From an uncultured Cytophagia bacterium (lineage in GTDB: Bacteria; Zhuqueibacterota; Zhuqueibacteria; Zhuqueibacterales; Zhuqueibacteraceae), in the NCBI GenBank assembly GCA_964477305.1, contig CAYZFF010000001.1, positions 7,442 through 71,441 of the forward strand: a stretch of 64,000 nt of DNA, written 5' to 3'. Shown here piece after piece: positions 1-8,107 of the stretch. How positions within the stretch are numbered: position 1 is the first letter of the stretch; each line of letters opens with the position of its first letter. Both the position numbers and the translations under genes were made by a program. Under the pieces are notes generated by a model. The model ran no database searches. It was not told where the DNA came from and saw nothing but the letters and a program-made list of their open reading frames with translations.

Positions 1-1096
1 AGTGACTTACGAATCGTATGACCCGCAACAGGCCGCCGCGATTATTAACGAATTGTGCCAGCGCTACGTCGAGCGCCACTTGGAAGTGCACGAGAGCAAA
101 GGCGCCTATTCGTTTTTTCAAAAGCAGGTCGACGTGTTGCAGGATTCGTTGCAAAACTTGCGAGCGGCGTTGGAGTATTACGAGGTTGAGCACAATTTGA
201 TCGCGCCGCAACAGCAGCAGCAATTGTATTTGCAAAAGCTGGCCGAGTATGAGGCGCAACTCAATACCCAACGTGCCAGCTCGCGGGCGGCGGCTCAGCA
301 GGTTAGTTTTCTGGAAAAGCAGATTGTCGCGGAGCCGAAGCGTTTGCAGTCGCAAAACCAGGAAGTTTCGACCACGGTGATGGAGGGGTTGGAGGATCAG
401 CTCGCTTCGCTGAAAGCGAAATATACGGAAGTGGTTTCGACGGAAAGAAACCGGAGCGAGCCGAAAGGCCAACTGGCGCGCAGCTTAAAAGCGCGCATTG
501 CGAAAATCGAGGAAACGATTCAGCAACACGAGCGCACCCAACAACCGGAAGTGGCAACCGACATCAATCGTTCGATGATGGATTTGTCGACGGAATTGAC
601 GCGCGCCCGCTTTGACCTGATTGGCTTTCAAACGAAAGAGCGCGAATTAAAAACCGCCGTGACGGAATTGCGGCAAGAGCTTAAAGCGCTCGAGCGCGCC
701 AGGTATGCGCATGAAGCCATGCTGCGCAAATTGGAATTGATGCAAAATAATTTTGAGCTTTACACCAAAAAGCAGGAAGAAGCGCGCATCTCCGAGGCGT
801 TGGATCGTGAGAAATTTGCGAACGTAACCATTATTGATCCGGCCAGTGTGCCGTTGTCGCCGGTTAGCCCAAACCGCAAATTGAATATTATGGCCGGTTT
901 TTTTCTGGCCATGTTTATCAGCGTTGGCGCCGTGCTGGGTCTCGGCTTTTTTGACGGCGTCGTTCATGCGAGCAGCGACATCGAGCGACAGCTCGATATT
1001 CCCGTCATCGTGTCGATTCCGGAGGGTGAATGGCCGCCCAATTTATTGCCGGAAACCATGTTTGAAACCGGCAGTTTGCCTGCAAACACGAAATAA
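1..1096 (+). CDS. polysaccharide chain-length determinant (GumC/Wzz, PCP family) protein, 5'-truncated by window edge
   Basis: ORF 2..1096 is open to the window start. It has a long Q/E/L/R-rich coiled-coil-like region, then a C-terminal TM helix (LNIMAGFFLAMFISVGAVLGLGFF). It lies directly upstream of a BY-kinase-like P-loop gene, as in split PCP/kinase pairs. Confidence 0.7.
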   Translation, partial: VTYESYDPQQAAAIINELCQRYVERHLEVHESKGAYSFFQKQVDVLQDSLQNLRAALEYYEVEHNLIAPQQQQQLYLQKLAEYEAQLNTQRASSRAAAQQVSFLEKQIVAEPKRLQSQNQEVSTTVMEGLEDQLASLKAKYTEVVSTERNRSEPKGQLARSLKARIAKIEETIQQHERTQQPEVATDINRSMMDLSTELTRARFDLIGFQTKERELKTAVTELRQELKALERARYAHEAMLRKLELMQNNFELYTKKQEEARISEALDREKFANVTIIDPASVPLSPVSPNRKLNIMAGFFLAMFISVGAVLGLGFFDGVVHASSDIERQLDIPVIVSIPEGEWPPNLLPETMFETGSLPANTK

Positions 1097-1152
1097 ACGC
1101 ACGCTTAATTTAAAATGTTGGCCCGATAGCCGGCGACTAAATCTGAGAGAAA

Positions 1153-1935
1153 ATGAACATAGCGAAGGACGCGTTGCCTTTGAGCGGGGAATTCGATCTG
1201 CATAGTCCAGCGACGGATTTCGCCGCGACTTCCGATCTGGCGCAGCCGCGCGTGACGCGGGACGTGCCGCGCAACGGTGTCGAGACCGAACCGTTGGCAG
1301 ACGCGACACCGCGGATGATTCCGGAATTGAGCCGCGAACAATTGCGTTTGCGCAATAATCTGTTGCTCGCCCGCGAACGCCAGGGTGTCCGCTCGCTGGT
1401 GGTGACCGGAACCAGCGAGGGCGTCGGCGTGACGGCCGTTGCCACCACACTCGCGCTCGGCTTGAGTTTGGATCAAAAGAAAAGGGTGCTGTTGATCGAA
1501 GCCAATTCGCGGCGGCCCAAACTGCACAAATTGTTTGATCTGAAAAGCAGCCACGAAATGGCGACAGAGGATATTCTTGGTTTTTTTGATATGGCCGCCG
1601 TTAACGGCATTCCGAATCTGCGCGTCATGCCGATCGAAGGCGTTCCTGCCGGCTCGGCTTTCGACATGAAGCGCTTTGTCGCGGTTTTGCCGGCGCTCCG
1701 CGAAGCGTTTGATTTTATGATTATCGACGCGCCGCCGCTGACGTTGAATTTCGAAGTGTTGATGTTGAGCCTGCATCTCGATGGCGTGATGGTGGTAGCA
1801 GAAGCAAGTCGTACCCGCGTGGAAGAAATCCAGGAATTAATGAAAGAGCTGCGCCGTACCGGCACTAATTTTCTCGGGCTGGTGCTTAATCGCGAGAAAA
1901 ACGATGTGCCGGGTATGCTGAAGAATTGGCTTTAG
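1153..1935 (+). CDS. CpsD/CapB (BY-kinase)-like P-loop protein with degenerate Walker A and no Tyr-cluster tail (probable pseudokinase)
   Basis: ATG start. Walker A-like GTSEGVGVT (1408..1434) has Val where GK[ST] needs Lys. Walker A'-like VLLIEANSRRPKLH and Walker B-like FDFMIIDAPP are present. The C-terminus ...EKNDVPGMLKNWL has no tyrosines. Confidence 0.7.
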   Translation: MNIAKDALPLSGEFDLHSPATDFAATSDLAQPRVTRDVPRNGVETEPLADATPRMIPELSREQLRLRNNLLLARERQGVRSLVVTGTSEGVGVTAVATTLALGLSLDQKKRVLLIEANSRRPKLHKLFDLKSSHEMATEDILGFFDMAAVNGIPNLRVMPIEGVPAGSAFDMKRFVAVLPALREAFDFMIIDAPPLTLNFEVLMLSLHLDGVMVVAEASRTRVEEIQELMKELRRTGTNFLGLVLNREKNDVPGMLKNWL

Positions 1936-1973
1936 CATGGTAATCAGTAACCCGAAATTTTTTGTTTAAGATA

Positions 1974-2651
1974 ATGGAATCCAATGCGACTGGTGAAGGA
2001 CTGATGAGCTTATTCTTTGAAACATGGGTAATTGGAATCATCGTCGTCAGCGCGGGCCTGTTTGTGATGGGTTTGCTGTGGCGCCGGCGCAAAGTCAATC
2101 ATGCCGTTACCAAGGGGTTGTACGGCAACTGGCATACGGCCATTCCCCGCTATCGCCGCTCGCTGCACCGCATGACCGCGGAACTGGAACGCGCGCGCCG
2201 CTACGGTAATTCTTTGACCATCGTCGTGTTGGCGGTCGATCAAGAACAACTGAAACAGAAGAAACGCAATCTGTTGCAGGTGACCGAGAATACCGAGATC
2301 GCCTCTTATTTTTTCTTTTCGCTGATTAGCGCGCTGTTGCGCGATAATTTGCGCGCTTGTGATTTGTTGACGTATGATGTGACCAACGATTATTATGTGA
2401 TTTTGATGCCGGAAACCTCTTCCGCCTTGGCGGAACAAGGCATCGTGCGTTTGAACGAATTGATCTCGGCGCGCATCAAGTTGACGTTACGCGCCGGCAT
2501 TGCAGAATTCCCCGCTGACGGGTTGACCATCGAAGATCTCGTTAGCCATGCCCATACCAGAAGCCATCGGAAGGCGACTGACAACCCACCTCAAAAAGAC
2601 GCTGCCAGATCCAGCCAGGGTGCGCAGCGCAAGGAATCTCTGGCAAAGTAG
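1974..2651 (+). CDS. membrane-anchored degenerate GGDEF-domain protein (GGDEF replaced by TNDYY)
   Basis: N-terminal TM helix (WVIGIIVVSAGLFVMGLLW). GGDEF-domain landmarks: RARRYGNSLTIVVLAVD, ...NDYYVILMPET..., LTLRAGIAEFPADGLTIEDLVSHA. The track ORF begins at a TTG (1962); the first ATG is 1974. Confidence 0.55.
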   Translation: MESNATGEGLMSLFFETWVIGIIVVSAGLFVMGLLWRRRKVNHAVTKGLYGNWHTAIPRYRRSLHRMTAELERARRYGNSLTIVVLAVDQEQLKQKKRNLLQVTENTEIASYFFFSLISALLRDNLRACDLLTYDVTNDYYVILMPETSSALAEQGIVRLNELISARIKLTLRAGIAEFPADGLTIEDLVSHAHTRSHRKATDNPPQKDAARSSQGAQRKESLAK

Positions 2652-2859
2652 CTTTTTAATGAGCGGCGCATGCGCCTCTGCAAGCGGCGGCGCAGTGCGA
2701 GTGCTAACTCGGCAACTATTTAAACGCTATTCGGAAATTTCACGTCTTAGTTAATTTTTTCGACGCGAACGGCCTGAGTGAAAATTGTCCGAATGGAAAA
2801 TTGATAAATAGTTGCACCGCTTTTTTATTTCAACCGGAGATAAGGTCTAGAGGTTGTTT

Positions 2860-3576
2860 ATGCAAGGGATTTCCAGCGCTTATCAATTGCAGGAAACCGT
2901 TGAGCCCGGAAGTTATTCGCAACCGGAGAAACCGTGGTACGAATGCGGGCCAACGGCCAAACTATTCGGACAGGGCGCGGTCTATCAAGGCCTCAAGCGC
3001 GCGACGGATCTGGCGGTTTGCTTTGCGGCACTGCCGCTGATTTTGCCCGTGCTGTTGCTTTGCTGCCTGGCGATTCGAATCGATTCACCGGGGCCGATTT
3101 TCTTTTTTCAATGGCGTACCGGCCGCGGCGGCAAGCGGTTCAAGATGTTCAAACTCCGGACGATGGTGCGGAATGCCGAGGAATTGAAAGAAAAATATAT
3201 GCACCTGAACCTGTTGACTTATCCGGATTTCAAAATCGCCAATGATCCGCGCATCACGCGCGTTGGACGTTTTTTGCGCAAAACCAGCCTGGATGAATTG
3301 CCGCAAATTTTAAACGTGCTCACCGGCGATATGGCGCTGGTCGGCCCGCGCCCGACTTCATTTAAAGCCTCGACATATAATTTGTGGCACACGGCGCGCT
3401 TGCAATTGAAACCGGGCTTGACCGGTTTGTGGCAGGTTTGCGGACGCAATGAGCTGGACTTCGATGAACGCGTTCGGCTGGATATTTCTTACCTCCGCAA
3501 TCAATGCATGTGGCTGGATTTCCAGATTATGTTCCGCACCATCGGCGCGGTTTTCACCGGGCGTGGAGCAAACTGA
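2860..3576 (+). CDS. undecaprenyl-phosphate sugar-phosphate transferase (bacterial sugar transferase family, priming enzyme)
   Basis: Motifs: [87 protein letters not shown] at 2860 is preceded by AGAGG; the track ORF starts at TTG 2854. Confidence 0.85.
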   Translation: MQGISSAYQLQETVEPGSYSQPEKPWYECGPTAKLFGQGAVYQGLKRATDLAVCFAALPLILPVLLLCCLAIRIDSPGPIFFFQWRTGRGGKRFKMFKLRTMVRNAEELKEKYMHLNLLTYPDFKIANDPRITRVGRFLRKTSLDELPQILNVLTGDMALVGPRPTSFKASTYNLWHTARLQLKPGLTGLWQVCGRNELDFDERVRLDISYLRNQCMWLDFQIMFRTIGAVFTGRGAN

Positions 3577-3577
3577 A

Positions 3578-4774
3578 ATGCTGACGTTTTCAATTTCCTG
3601 GTTTGCTTTCTGGATTTCCGTCGCGATGATCGTTTATTCCTATGTGGGCTTTATCCTGCTCACCATCATCGTTGCCCGACTGCGAAACCGCCGCGTGCAG
3701 CAAAAGCCGATTACGCCCAAAGTGAGTTTGATCATTCCGGTGTGGAATGAAGAACGCGCGATTGCCGAACGCCTCGACAATGCTTTGGCGCTCGACTATC
3801 CGGCGGCGCAGCTTGAAATTGTTGTCGCCTCGGATGGCTCGGATGACCGGACCCACGCCATTGTCGCGGATTATGCAAAACATGGCGTGCGCCTAATGCC
3901 TTTTCCGCGCCGCGGAAAAATTTATGCGATTAAAGATACGGTCAACTTAGTTAATGGCGAGATTCTCGTTTTCTCGGACGCCAACTCGATGTACAAAAGC
4001 GATGCGCTGCGCATGTTGGTGCGCAATTTTGCGGATCCGCAAGTTGGCGGCGTTTGCGGCAATCAGGTTTATTTGAAGGCGAAAAAAGCCGATACGACCA
4101 GCGAAGGCGAAGGCATGTACTGGTCGTTTGATAAATGGTTGAAGACGCTCGAAAGTTTAACCGGCAGCATCGTTTCGGCGCACGGCGCGATTTACGCGAT
4201 TCGCCGCAGCTTGTATGAGCCGCCGGCCAGTGCCGCGGTGACCGATGATTTTGCGATCTCGACTGCGGTTATCGCGCAGGGCCATCGCCTCGTTTTTGAA
4301 AGTGAAGCCATTGCGTATGAAGAACCGACGGCTTCGGCAGCGTTGGAATTCGGCCGCAAAGTGCGAATCATGACGCGCGGTTTACGCGGCGTGTTGCTGC
4401 GCCAGCGTTTGCTCAATCCATTTCGCTACGGTTTTTACTCGGTGGTTTTGTTCTCGCATAAAGTGTTGCGCCGGCTCGTGCCGGTTTTTTTGCTGATTCT
4501 CCTGGGGGCCAGTTGGCTGTTGAGCGGCACGCATATTTTTTATCTGAGCGCGGCCGTGGCGCAAACGCTGTTTTATCTGTTGGCCGGCGCCGGGTATTGG
4601 TTGCGCGGCCATCGCTGGGGCCGGTTAAAATTTTTGTATATTCCATTTTTTTATTGCCTGGCCAATGCCGCCGCGTTGATTGCGGTCACGCGGATCTTGC
4701 GCGGCCAGCGCATCGAATTCTGGCAGCCGCAGCGGCACGGCGCCGTGGCGCAGCCGGTTAATCAGAAGGCATGA
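3578..4774 (+). CDS. family 2 glycosyltransferase with N- and C-terminal TM segments (processive synthase-like topology)
   Basis: Motifs: VSLIIPVWNEERAI, LEIVVASDGSDDRT, FSDANS. There are multiple C-terminal TM helices. The track ORF 3449 overlaps the upstream gene, so I used ATG 3578, which lies 1 nt after the upstream stop. Confidence 0.8.
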   Translation: MLTFSISWFAFWISVAMIVYSYVGFILLTIIVARLRNRRVQQKPITPKVSLIIPVWNEERAIAERLDNALALDYPAAQLEIVVASDGSDDRTHAIVADYAKHGVRLMPFPRRGKIYAIKDTVNLVNGEILVFSDANSMYKSDALRMLVRNFADPQVGGVCGNQVYLKAKKADTTSEGEGMYWSFDKWLKTLESLTGSIVSAHGAIYAIRRSLYEPPASAAVTDDFAISTAVIAQGHRLVFESEAIAYEEPTASAALEFGRKVRIMTRGLRGVLLRQRLLNPFRYGFYSVVLFSHKVLRRLVPVFLLILLGASWLLSGTHIFYLSAAVAQTLFYLLAGAGYWLRGHRWGRLKFLYIPFFYCLANAAALIAVTRILRGQRIEFWQPQRHGAVAQPVNQKA

Positions 4775-4854
4775 CACGGATTATCAGTAAAAAATTTAAA
4801 ATTCCAAATTGAAAATTTGTAACTATCCAGCTATTGTTTTTGTAAACAGATTGA

Positions 4855-4920
4855 GCGGATAAAGCGGATTTCAAGAATTTATTGGCCAAAATCGATATCT
4901 GTTCAATCTGCTTTATCCGC
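4855..4920. repeat. imperfect 16-bp inverted repeat in the 224-bp gap upstream of the HprK-like gene
   Basis: GCGGATAAAGCGGATT (4855..4870) versus AATCTGCTTTATCCGC (4905..4920), with one mismatch to the exact reverse complement and a 34-nt spacer. Confidence 0.6.
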
Positions 4921-4998
4921 TTACAGCCTTGGTTTTTGTGAATCTCTGAGCTGAATAGTTGCGAAAATTTTAAATTGAAAATATGAGGTCAAATTCGG

Positions 4999-6165
4999 AT
5001 GTCAAATAATGGCGCATTTTCACCGGCGCACAATCATGTTGATTACGATATTCATGGACTCGTCGGCATTCGTCTGCTTAATCCCGCCACGGGTGATGAA
5101 GAGGCGGTTTCCCGGCAGCTCGGGCCGTTGAAGAAAGCCTTGAACCGCGAACCCGATATTGTGGTTCGTTTTGTCGAGCATATTCCCATCACCGGGTTGC
5201 GGCATTTGACGCTGAATGAAAATGGTTTCACCGACGATAGTTTTTTTATTTTGCGCAGCAGCAAAAAGGCCGCGCGAGTGAAAATCGCTTTCGAGCAAGT
5301 CGGCAGCAAACAATGTGAAATTATTTGCGAGACCGGCGTGCGCGCCGTGCCGTTATTGCTGGCACTGGTGAATTTGACGATGTTGCGCAAAGATTGTGTG
5401 GCGTTGCACGCGTCCGGCTTTGTTTATCAAGACACCGGCATCGTGGTGACCGGTTGGGCGAAAGGCGGCAAAACCGAAACGCTGTTATCCTTTGCTGCAC
5501 ATGGCGGTCGTTACGTTGGCGATGAATGGATTTTGCTCAGTGGCGACGGCCAAAAGATGTACGGCATCCCGGAAGTCATTCGCTTGTGGGACTGGCATAT
5601 CGAGAATCTGCCGCATGTGCGTCGCGAGGTTAAGCGCGAAAATCTTATGATGTTCAAGGCGATTCACGGTTTGGACAATTTTCAGCAGAATTTGAACGGC
5701 CCGTTCGGTAAGATGCTGCCCATCAAGCTTTTACGCGAAGGGATGCCGCGCATCAAGCGCCAGCTCAACGTTCGCGTCGAGCCGGAGGTGGTTTTTGGCG
5801 ACCGCTTTGGCCCGTTTTCGGCGCGTCCGGACAAAATATTCTTTGCCTTGAGCCACGCCGACGCGACAACCACGGTTGAGCCGATGTCACCGGCGGCGAT
5901 TGCGAAGCACATGATCTCCTCGATTCGCTTCGAGCAGATTCCGTTTATGCAGCATTACCTGGCGTTCAAATTTGCTTTTCCTGAACGCGCCAATGAATTT
6001 CTCGACAATGTGCACGAGTTGCAGTACGAAATTCTGCATCGCGCGCTCTCGGGTAAAGAAGCGTATACTGTGCGCCATCCGTACCCGGTATCGTTTCAGG
6101 ATTTGTATGAGAAGATGAAACCGTACTGCAAGTCCGTAGTGACGCCTTCAGGTGTACCGGCTTGA
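4999..6165 (+). CDS. HPr-kinase C-terminal-domain-like P-loop protein (HprK-related kinase-like), function unknown
   Basis: The segment VALHASGFVYQDTGIVVTGWAKGGKTETLLSFAAHGGRYVGDEWILL parallels the HprK core lHG..v...G.GVLi.G.SG.GKSE.al.L...GH.LV.DD. The rest of the protein was not recognised. Confidence 0.45.
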   Translation: MSNNGAFSPAHNHVDYDIHGLVGIRLLNPATGDEEAVSRQLGPLKKALNREPDIVVRFVEHIPITGLRHLTLNENGFTDDSFFILRSSKKAARVKIAFEQVGSKQCEIICETGVRAVPLLLALVNLTMLRKDCVALHASGFVYQDTGIVVTGWAKGGKTETLLSFAAHGGRYVGDEWILLSGDGQKMYGIPEVIRLWDWHIENLPHVRREVKRENLMMFKAIHGLDNFQQNLNGPFGKMLPIKLLREGMPRIKRQLNVRVEPEVVFGDRFGPFSARPDKIFFALSHADATTTVEPMSPAAIAKHMISSIRFEQIPFMQHYLAFKFAFPERANEFLDNVHELQYEILHRALSGKEAYTVRHPYPVSFQDLYEKMKPYCKSVVTPSGVPA

Positions 6166-6301
6166 CGAAAAGCAAATAGGTTCGTAGTAATGCCAAGCGC
6201 CGGTTTGATGAAAAGCTAACCCCGGAAGGGGTTACTACAAGCGGGCTACGGCAAACATTTTTACTGCATTAAAAAAAAATTACTCGTAAATTAGACAGAA
6301 C

Positions 6302-7018
6302 ATGCAAGCACTTATTTTAGCCGGCGGCCTCGGCACGCGACTCCGCCCAGTGGTGAATGACAAACCGAAACCCATGGCTGATATTGCCGGTAAGCCGTTC
6401 ATCGAATATCAGATCAAGCTGTTACAACGCGACGGCGTGCAGCACGTGATTTTTTGTGTCGGGTATCTTTACGAGCAAATTCAAAATCATTTTGGCGACG
6501 GCAAAGCGTGGGGCATGAAATTCGATTATTCCATCGAGGCAGAGTTATTGGGTACCGCTGGCGCTTTGAAGTTGGCGCAGAAATTTATTCGCGGGCCGTT
6601 TTTTGTTTTGAATGGCGACACCTATCTCGATGTCGATTTGCGGGATTTGGGTAAATTCCATCAGCAGCGGACGGAGCGGCGCGGCGGCCTCGGCACCATG
6701 GCGTTGACGGAAATTCAGGATGCCAAAGAATACGGCTCGGTGACCATCGGCGCTGCCGATGAAATTCTTAGTTTCAATGAAAAATTTGCGAGCGCCGCGC
6801 CGGCGCAATTGATCAACGCCGGCATTTACATGCTCGAGCCAACCGTGCTGGACTTCATCGCGCCGGCCAAAAAAGTTTCGCTGGAAAAAGAAACATTTCC
6901 GGCGTTGTTAAATCAAGGTCACCGGCTGTTTGGGTATGCGACCGACGGCTATTTTGTCGATATCGGCACCCCGGCCGGTTATCAGGGATTCCAGAATTTT
7001 ATCTCAGGGAAGGGATAA
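6302..7018 (+). CDS. hddC: sugar-1-phosphate nucleotidyltransferase, likely D-glycero-alpha-D-manno-heptose-1-phosphate guanylyltransferase
   Basis: N-terminal motif ALILAGGLGTRLRPVVNDKPKPMADIAGKPFIEYQI. It lies directly upstream of the GHMP heptose kinase and gmhB. Confidence 0.7.
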   Translation: MQALILAGGLGTRLRPVVNDKPKPMADIAGKPFIEYQIKLLQRDGVQHVIFCVGYLYEQIQNHFGDGKAWGMKFDYSIEAELLGTAGALKLAQKFIRGPFFVLNGDTYLDVDLRDLGKFHQQRTERRGGLGTMALTEIQDAKEYGSVTIGAADEILSFNEKFASAAPAQLINAGIYMLEPTVLDFIAPAKKVSLEKETFPALLNQGHRLFGYATDGYFVDIGTPAGYQGFQNFISGKG

Positions 7019-7021
7019 GTT

Positions 7022-8056
7022 ATGATTATTCGCAGCAAAGCGCCTTTGCGCATCAGCTTTTCCGGCGGTGGAACGGAAGTTTCGCCTTATAAAGACGAGT
7101 ATGGCGGCGTGGTGTTGAGCGCCACCATTGAAAAATATGCCTATGGTTCTTTGCGCTTGCGCGACGATCGCAACGTCACGGTGAAGTCACTCGACTACGA
7201 TATCGTGGCGAAATATAATCTCGATGAAGAAATGAATTACGACGGCGAATTGGATTTGGTGAAAGCCGTCATTAAAAATAAAAATTTGAACAAAGGCTAC
7301 GAACGGGGGTTCGATTTTTTTATTCACAGCGATGCGCCGCCAGGCTCCGGCCTCGGCTCGTCATCAACGATGGTCGTGGCGCTGATCGGCTTGCTGAAGC
7401 ATTTGCAGCGCCTGCCGCTGACCAATTATGAAATTGCCAATCTTGCGTATCACGTCGAACGTGAAGATTTGGGCATTAAAGGCGGTATGCAGGATCAATA
7501 TGCGGCGGCCTTTGGCGGATTCAATTTTATCGAATTCGGCCGCGGCCCCGGCCTCTCCAATGTCGTGGTGAATCCGTTGCGCATCGACGCTGATGTCATC
7601 AATGAACTGGAATATCGTTTGCTTTTGTGCTACACTGGCCGCACGCGGCTGTCGGCCAATATTATTTCCACGCAGGTCGAGGCGTACACGAAAAAAGAGG
7701 CCGACGTGTTGAGCGCGATGGACGAGCTGAAAAAAATCACCATCGAAATGAAAAACGCGCTGCTGCAAAAACGTGTGGATGATTTTGGCCTCCTCCTCCA
7801 TGAAGCGTGGGATAACAAAAAGAGAATGGCGAAGCAGATCACCAATGCGGCCATTGACAAGCTTTACGAGAGTGCCCGGCAGCACGGCGCCCTCGGCGGC
7901 AAAATTCTTGGCGCCGGCGGCGGCGGTTATCTGCTGCTCTATTGCGAGTTCGATAAAAAGCATGTCGTCGCCGAAGAATTGGAAAAATTAGGCGGCCAAG
8001 TGGTTGAGTTCACTTTTGATCATCACGGCCTGCAAACGTGGGACGTGCGCGGATAG
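7022..8056 (+). CDS. hddA: GHMP-family sugar kinase, likely D-glycero-alpha-D-manno-heptose-7-phosphate kinase
   Basis: N-terminus IIRSKAPLRISFSGGGTEVSPY. GHMP motif PPGSGLGSSSTMVVALIG. C-terminal GGKILGAGGGGYLLLY. Lies between hddC-like and gmhB. Confidence 0.75.
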   Translation: MIIRSKAPLRISFSGGGTEVSPYKDEYGGVVLSATIEKYAYGSLRLRDDRNVTVKSLDYDIVAKYNLDEEMNYDGELDLVKAVIKNKNLNKGYERGFDFFIHSDAPPGSGLGSSSTMVVALIGLLKHLQRLPLTNYEIANLAYHVEREDLGIKGGMQDQYAAAFGGFNFIEFGRGPGLSNVVVNPLRIDADVINELEYRLLLCYTGRTRLSANIISTQVEAYTKKEADVLSAMDELKKITIEMKNALLQKRVDDFGLLLHEAWDNKKRMAKQITNAAIDKLYESARQHGALGGKILGAGGGGYLLLYCEFDKKHVVAEELEKLGGQVVEFTFDHHGLQTWDVRG

Positions 8057-8107
8057 ATTTTTTACGCAGAGTGTCGTTCTGCCAACCCCAATTCACCTTG
8101 AGTTTTC

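Noticed and set aside
3449-3577. Extended N-termini offered by the ORF track: 3449 for the GT2, 54620 for the alkaline phosphatase, 43848 for Wzx, 18506 for protein C, and 1962, 2854, 9833 and 32808 for their respective genes.
   Set aside because: The extensions overlap the preceding gene in another frame or start at non-ATG codons. They encode non-homologous, often Arg-rich sequence. Downstream ATGs give proper signal or TM N-termini and, in several cases, a purine-rich RBS. Exact starts remain uncertain for B, E and F.
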